This document shows, in pieces, positions 59,759 to 64,000 of a stretch of 64,000 nt of DNA. The notes beneath the pieces are model-generated. The model saw nothing but the letters and a program-made list of their open reading frames with translations. It did no database searches and was not told where the DNA came from. Numbering within the stretch: the first letter of the stretch is position 1; every line of letters starts with the position of its first letter. The stretch spans positions 107,634,001-107,698,000 of the forward strand of contig CM059431.1 in assembly GCA_030390025.1 (NCBI GenBank). The letters run 5' to 3'. The translations under genes and the position numbers were made by a program. This DNA is from Squalus acanthias (lineage: Eukaryota).

Positions 59759-60707
59759 AATGATTGCGCACCGCATATGCTAAAGTTGGAAATGAAAGTT
59801 TTTCAGAGCTAGTTTCTTGACCTGGTATCTATGTACACTAAAAATACAATTAGCTGTTATCGATGTGTTGAGTTAAACTAAAAATATTAAAAGCACAATT
59901 TTTAGTTATTTACCAAACTGTACAAACGCGCATGGATAATGAAGCGGGGTGGAGTGTGTGAATCATAGAATCAGAGAAATTTACGGCACAGAAGGAGGCC
60001 ATTCGTGTCTGTGTGGAGGATTATGGAAAATTCTATTTGGAATGAAGCATAGCTTAGGACATTGGGACAGTCATTCGTGGATGATACACTGGTCATATCC
60101 GATGATTTACAGTTGTTAAAGCCTCAGTTTCTTTATATATATATATATAAATGTGTTATGAAAATGCCTTCAGGCACAGAATTAGCTGCAGCACCAACTA
60201 CTGTGCTGGATCGTATGCTCCAAGTAGAGATAAAATAATATTAAGAGGCAATGCCATGTTGCTCCCCAAGGGCACAAATCCAAAAACCAATAATAAGAAC
60301 ACTTGGTGAAAGATTTAGATGTTGACATTAATAAGATTCCATAGAAACATCCCTGGATTAAGAGCCATGCAGGCTGCTTAAATGTACGAATGCAGCTAAT
60401 ACAATTTAAATCTTATATGGAGCCCACAGTACTCCCTCTAAACTTAAAACAAATTGAAAAAAGGCATAAACTGAAGCTGAGGGCAAAAGGTGCGGATGTT
60501 GTGGAGGGACCCAGTCATCACTTCACTCCAGCAAGAGGTCTTTCATGCGATGGAAAGAATGATTTCATACAGACTGCTGAGCAAAGGCAGTATTATGCAG
60601 ATTAGAACTGTGAGATAGAGAGGATCAAAAGGAACACTGATGCTCCTTTTACTTGGCTTACTATGAGGCACATGGATTATTCTGCAGCACTTGATTGAGA
60701 GAAAGTA

Positions 60708-61175
60708 ATACTTGCATTTATATAGCATCTTTCATGACCACCGGACACCCCAAAGCATTTTACAACCAATGAAGTACTGTTTTTGAAGTGCAGTCGCTAT
60801 TGCAATGTAGGAAATACAGCAGCTGATTTTTGCACAGCAAGCTCCCACAAACAGCAATGTGATAATGACCAGATGATCGTTTTTTGTTACATTGATTGAG
60901 GGTTAAATATCAGCCTGGACACCGGGGTAAACTCCCCCTGCTCTTCTTCGAAATAGTGCCATGGGATCTTTTACACCCACTTGAGGGAGCAGACGGGGCC
61001 TCGGTTTAACGTCTCATCCGAAAGACGGCATCTCCGACAGTGCCGCACTCCCTCAATACAGCACTGGAGTGTCAGCCTAGATTTATGTGCTCAAGGCTCT
61101 GGATTGGGGCTTAAACCTCACAAACCCTTCTTGACTCAGAGGTGAGGGTGCTGCCCACTGAGCCACGGCTGACAC
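60708..61175 (-). mobile_element. SINE, SacSINE1-like
   Basis: Head, core and tail as in the other copies. Confidence 0.85.
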
Positions 61176-61494
61176 TGATAAGATGCTGATAAGAATCTTC
61201 AAATTACAATGAAAAGCTCTTCCTCCTCGTAATTCGAGGCAGATCATAATTGGATTGTAGCCATTGACTTCATGATTCCCAAGCACATTTCTCTATCCGC
61301 TGTCAACATTTCCATCTGATTCATGAAACCTGTCACCATCGGCACATATGCATTTTGGGTGCAATATATTCTTTATTAAAGCTAATGTTATAACATTTAA
61401 GAGTTACGGTTAATCACTAATACAATTACAAAATGAAACTATGGTTCCTACTTGTATTGATAAATGAAGTTGAAGGTGAGATATAAAAAAAGGA

Positions 61495-61937
61495 AAAACT
61501 TGCATTTCTATAGCACCTTGCATGACTACAAAGTGCTTTACAGCCAATTAAGTACTTTTTTTTTTAAGTGTAATCACTGTTGTAATGTCAGAAATGCAGC
61601 AGCCAATTTGCACACAGCAAGGCCCCACAAACAGCAATGTGATAATGACCAGATAATCTGTTTTTGTTATGTTGGTTGAGGGATAAATATTGGCCAGGGA
61701 TACCAGGGATAACTCCCCTGCTCTTCTTTGAAAGATTACCATGGGATATTTTACGTCCACGTGAGAGAGCAGACAGGGGCTCGGTTTAAAGTCTCGTCTG
61801 AAAAACGGCACCTCCAACAGTGCAGCATTCGCTCAGCCTAGATTTATGTGCTCAATGTCCCTATCGTGGGACTTGAACCCACAACCTGTCTTGACTTAGA
61901 AGGCGAGCATGCTACCAACTGAGCCACAGCTGACACT
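61495..61937 (-). mobile_element. SINE, SacSINE1-like
   Basis: Head, core and tail as in the other copies. Confidence 0.85.
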
Positions 61938-62689
61938 TAGCGATATAAATCTGCTTGAACATGCTCTAATATATTTATATATAGATAATTTTAGAGAAAA
62001 AAAGAGCTGATATTGAGGAAAGATTTCCACTCTGTATTCCATGTAGCTAAATTGCAAACCTATTCTTTACAAATGGGTTTATGACTTTATTACACATAAT
62101 ATACAGTGAAAATCTTCCCTCGTTGTGAGTTAAAGATTTCATTATTCATTTTAGTATAACTTCATTTTAAATAGTATCCCTTTGCTACAATGTATAGCGT
62201 AATACATCCAATAGAAAAACAGAAGCATCTTAGATTACAATGTGATCTCAAAAGACTTACGAGTGGCATTATAAATGAGTTAGTAGAACATTCATACAAT
62301 TATTTAGAATGGATGGGAGACCAGTCTTGTCCCAGCTGTGTGGCCCTTCGTGGTTAATTCAAAAATGATATTGGCAGAGGCATCGGAGTTGGTTAGTTCA
62401 TGGCCAAGGAATAGTAGATGGGACTTAAAGGAAGCAAAGAGAAATGAGATCAAAATTTAGCAATACAGAAATAAGATTTATTGTATAGCATTGCCATTCC
62501 AATATTTCAATATTAGGCTTTTTGAGTGAGTCCTGATTACCCAATTTTTTTGTGAGTTCCTTTTGCATATTCAAGTACTTTTGAAGTCAAATAAAATCTA
62601 AGGCAGGACAAAGTGTTCTTTTTCTGAATATAGTATGAGAAAGAAAGGATGAGAGTAATTACAGGATATTAGACAGCAAACCTCCCAAA

Positions 62690-63012
62690 ACGCTATACAG
62701 CCAATGAAGTACTTTTTGGAAGTGTATTCACTGTTGTAATGTCGGAAACATGGCAGCCAATTCACGCACAGCAAGCTCCCACAAACAGCAATGTGCTAAT
62801 GCCCAGATAATCTGTTTTGAGTGATCTTTTACAGTTCACCTGAGAGGGTAAACAAGACATTAGTTTAACACCTCATACAAACGATGGCACCCTTAGTACT
62901 GTACTGGAGCGTCAGCCTAGATGCAACGTGCTCAAGTCCCTGTAGTGGGAGTTGAGCCCACAACCTTAGGACTCAGAGACAAGAAAGAGCAATACCAGTG
63001 AGCCACAGATGG
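62690..63012 (-). mobile_element. SINE, SacSINE1-like, decayed and deleted
   Basis: ACAGCCAATGAAGTACTTTT...GTGAGCCACAG. Confidence 0.7.
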
Positions 63013-63172
63013 CACCTGCTTTTCAGTGGATGTTTTTTAAAGGACAAATATTGGCCAGAGAAAAATATCCAATCAAAAGTGTCTTTAGTGGACCGGTTAA
63101 TGGTATTCATTTATTGCTTCGATGCTATCTTAAGGCACAATAATAAAGATTATGGGGAGAAGGAATATCTTG

Positions 63173-63324
63173 GAGGAGAAATTCAGTGCTAACTTTTGAA
63201 ACCTCAACGGGAATTTTGCGGGCATCGGTACTCTCGCCACGCCCGGTCGCAAAGCCGGCAGCGCCCCGTTATCACCCCCCGGAGGCTCTAACGGGAGGCG
63301 CAAAGGAGGCGCATTTCTAGCCCC
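63173..63324. mobile_element. Short Harbinger-MITE remnant
   Basis: GGAGGAGAAATTCAG ... CTAACGGGAGGCGCA...TTTCTAGCCCC resembles the end of the autonomous element. Confidence 0.45.
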
Positions 63325-63628
63325 TTGTGTTTTATGTTATGCAGCTGAAAAGAATGATATAACAAGGACAAATGCTTCAAAAATTTGACTCTGTTCATTG
63401 TTGAGCCTTAGACAGAGAGACTTAAACAAAGTTCCGTTTTTATATACATTTACAATGCAACAGGAAAGGGAATGTTGAAAAACACAATACAGTGATATTA
63501 ATGTCTAATAACTTAGCATAATCTGTGTACTAAAATTCAGTAACTGTGACAAATTAGGGAGATATCTGCGTTTTATATCACTGTTCTGAAATAGCTAGAG
63601 TTAGAAATGGAAGTTGCGCTTTCCTTAA

Positions 63629-64000
63629 CCGGGCCAAGTGTTTGATTTGTATGTGGGAGAGCACTTTGGAGATAGTGACCACAATTCGGTAACTTTCACT
63701 ATTGCAATGGAGAGGGATAGGGCCATACGGCAGGGCAGGGTTTATAATTGGGGGAGGGGTAATTATGATGCGATTAGGCAAGAATTAGGGAGTATAAGAT
63801 GGGAACAGAAACTATCAGGGAAAGGCACAAACGAGAAGTGGAGCTTTTTCATGGAGCAATTACTGCGTGTCCTTGATAGGTATGTCCCTGTCAGGCAGGG
63901 AGGAAATGGCCGAGTGAGAGAACCATGGTTCACAAAAGAGGTTGAATGTCTAGTCAAGAGGAAAAAGGAAGCGTATGTAAGGATGAGAAAACAAGGTTCA
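63629..64000 (+). mobile_element. CR1 LINE ORF2 (endonuclease end and linker), runs off the window
   Basis: Translates PGQVFDLYVGEHFGDSDHNSVTFTIAMERD...NWGRGNYDAIRQEL...PWFTKEVECLVKRKKEAY. Confidence 0.85.

Noticed and set aside
60390..60605. 71-aa ORF
   Set aside because: No splice context or recognisable domain; cannot be supported.

Overview
Eukaryotic, repeat-dominated intergenic or intronic DNA, almost certainly from a shark or other elasmobranch: it carries an HE1-type V-SINE, many SacSINE1/DeuSINE-like SINEs, CR1 and L2 LINE pieces and Penelope-like fragments. I could not support any host protein-coding exon. The centrepiece is a structurally complete 4.3-kb PIF/Harbinger DNA transposon (38933-43258). 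It has TIRs, an open DDE transposase ORF on the minus strand, and a convergent 3-exon Myb/SANT-domain gene (458 aa after splicing) that the ORF track shows only in pieces. It is accompanied by a cognate internally deleted copy (33179-34071), about ten other G-rich-ended MITE-like elements and relics of other Harbinger families. The transposon sits inside a ~1.46-kb solo LTR with a 4-bp TSD, which itself sits inside a SINE. The block ~33.0-48.1 kb is tandemly duplicated at ~49.5-56.9 kb. The second copy provides empty sites for three insertions, a microhomology deletion and a templated inverted insertion. A decayed Mag-like Ty3/Gypsy element with 136-bp LTRs and a tRNA-Ser PBS lies at 20426-25141. 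Family names come from recognition by eye, not database searches, and minor repeat boundaries are approximate.
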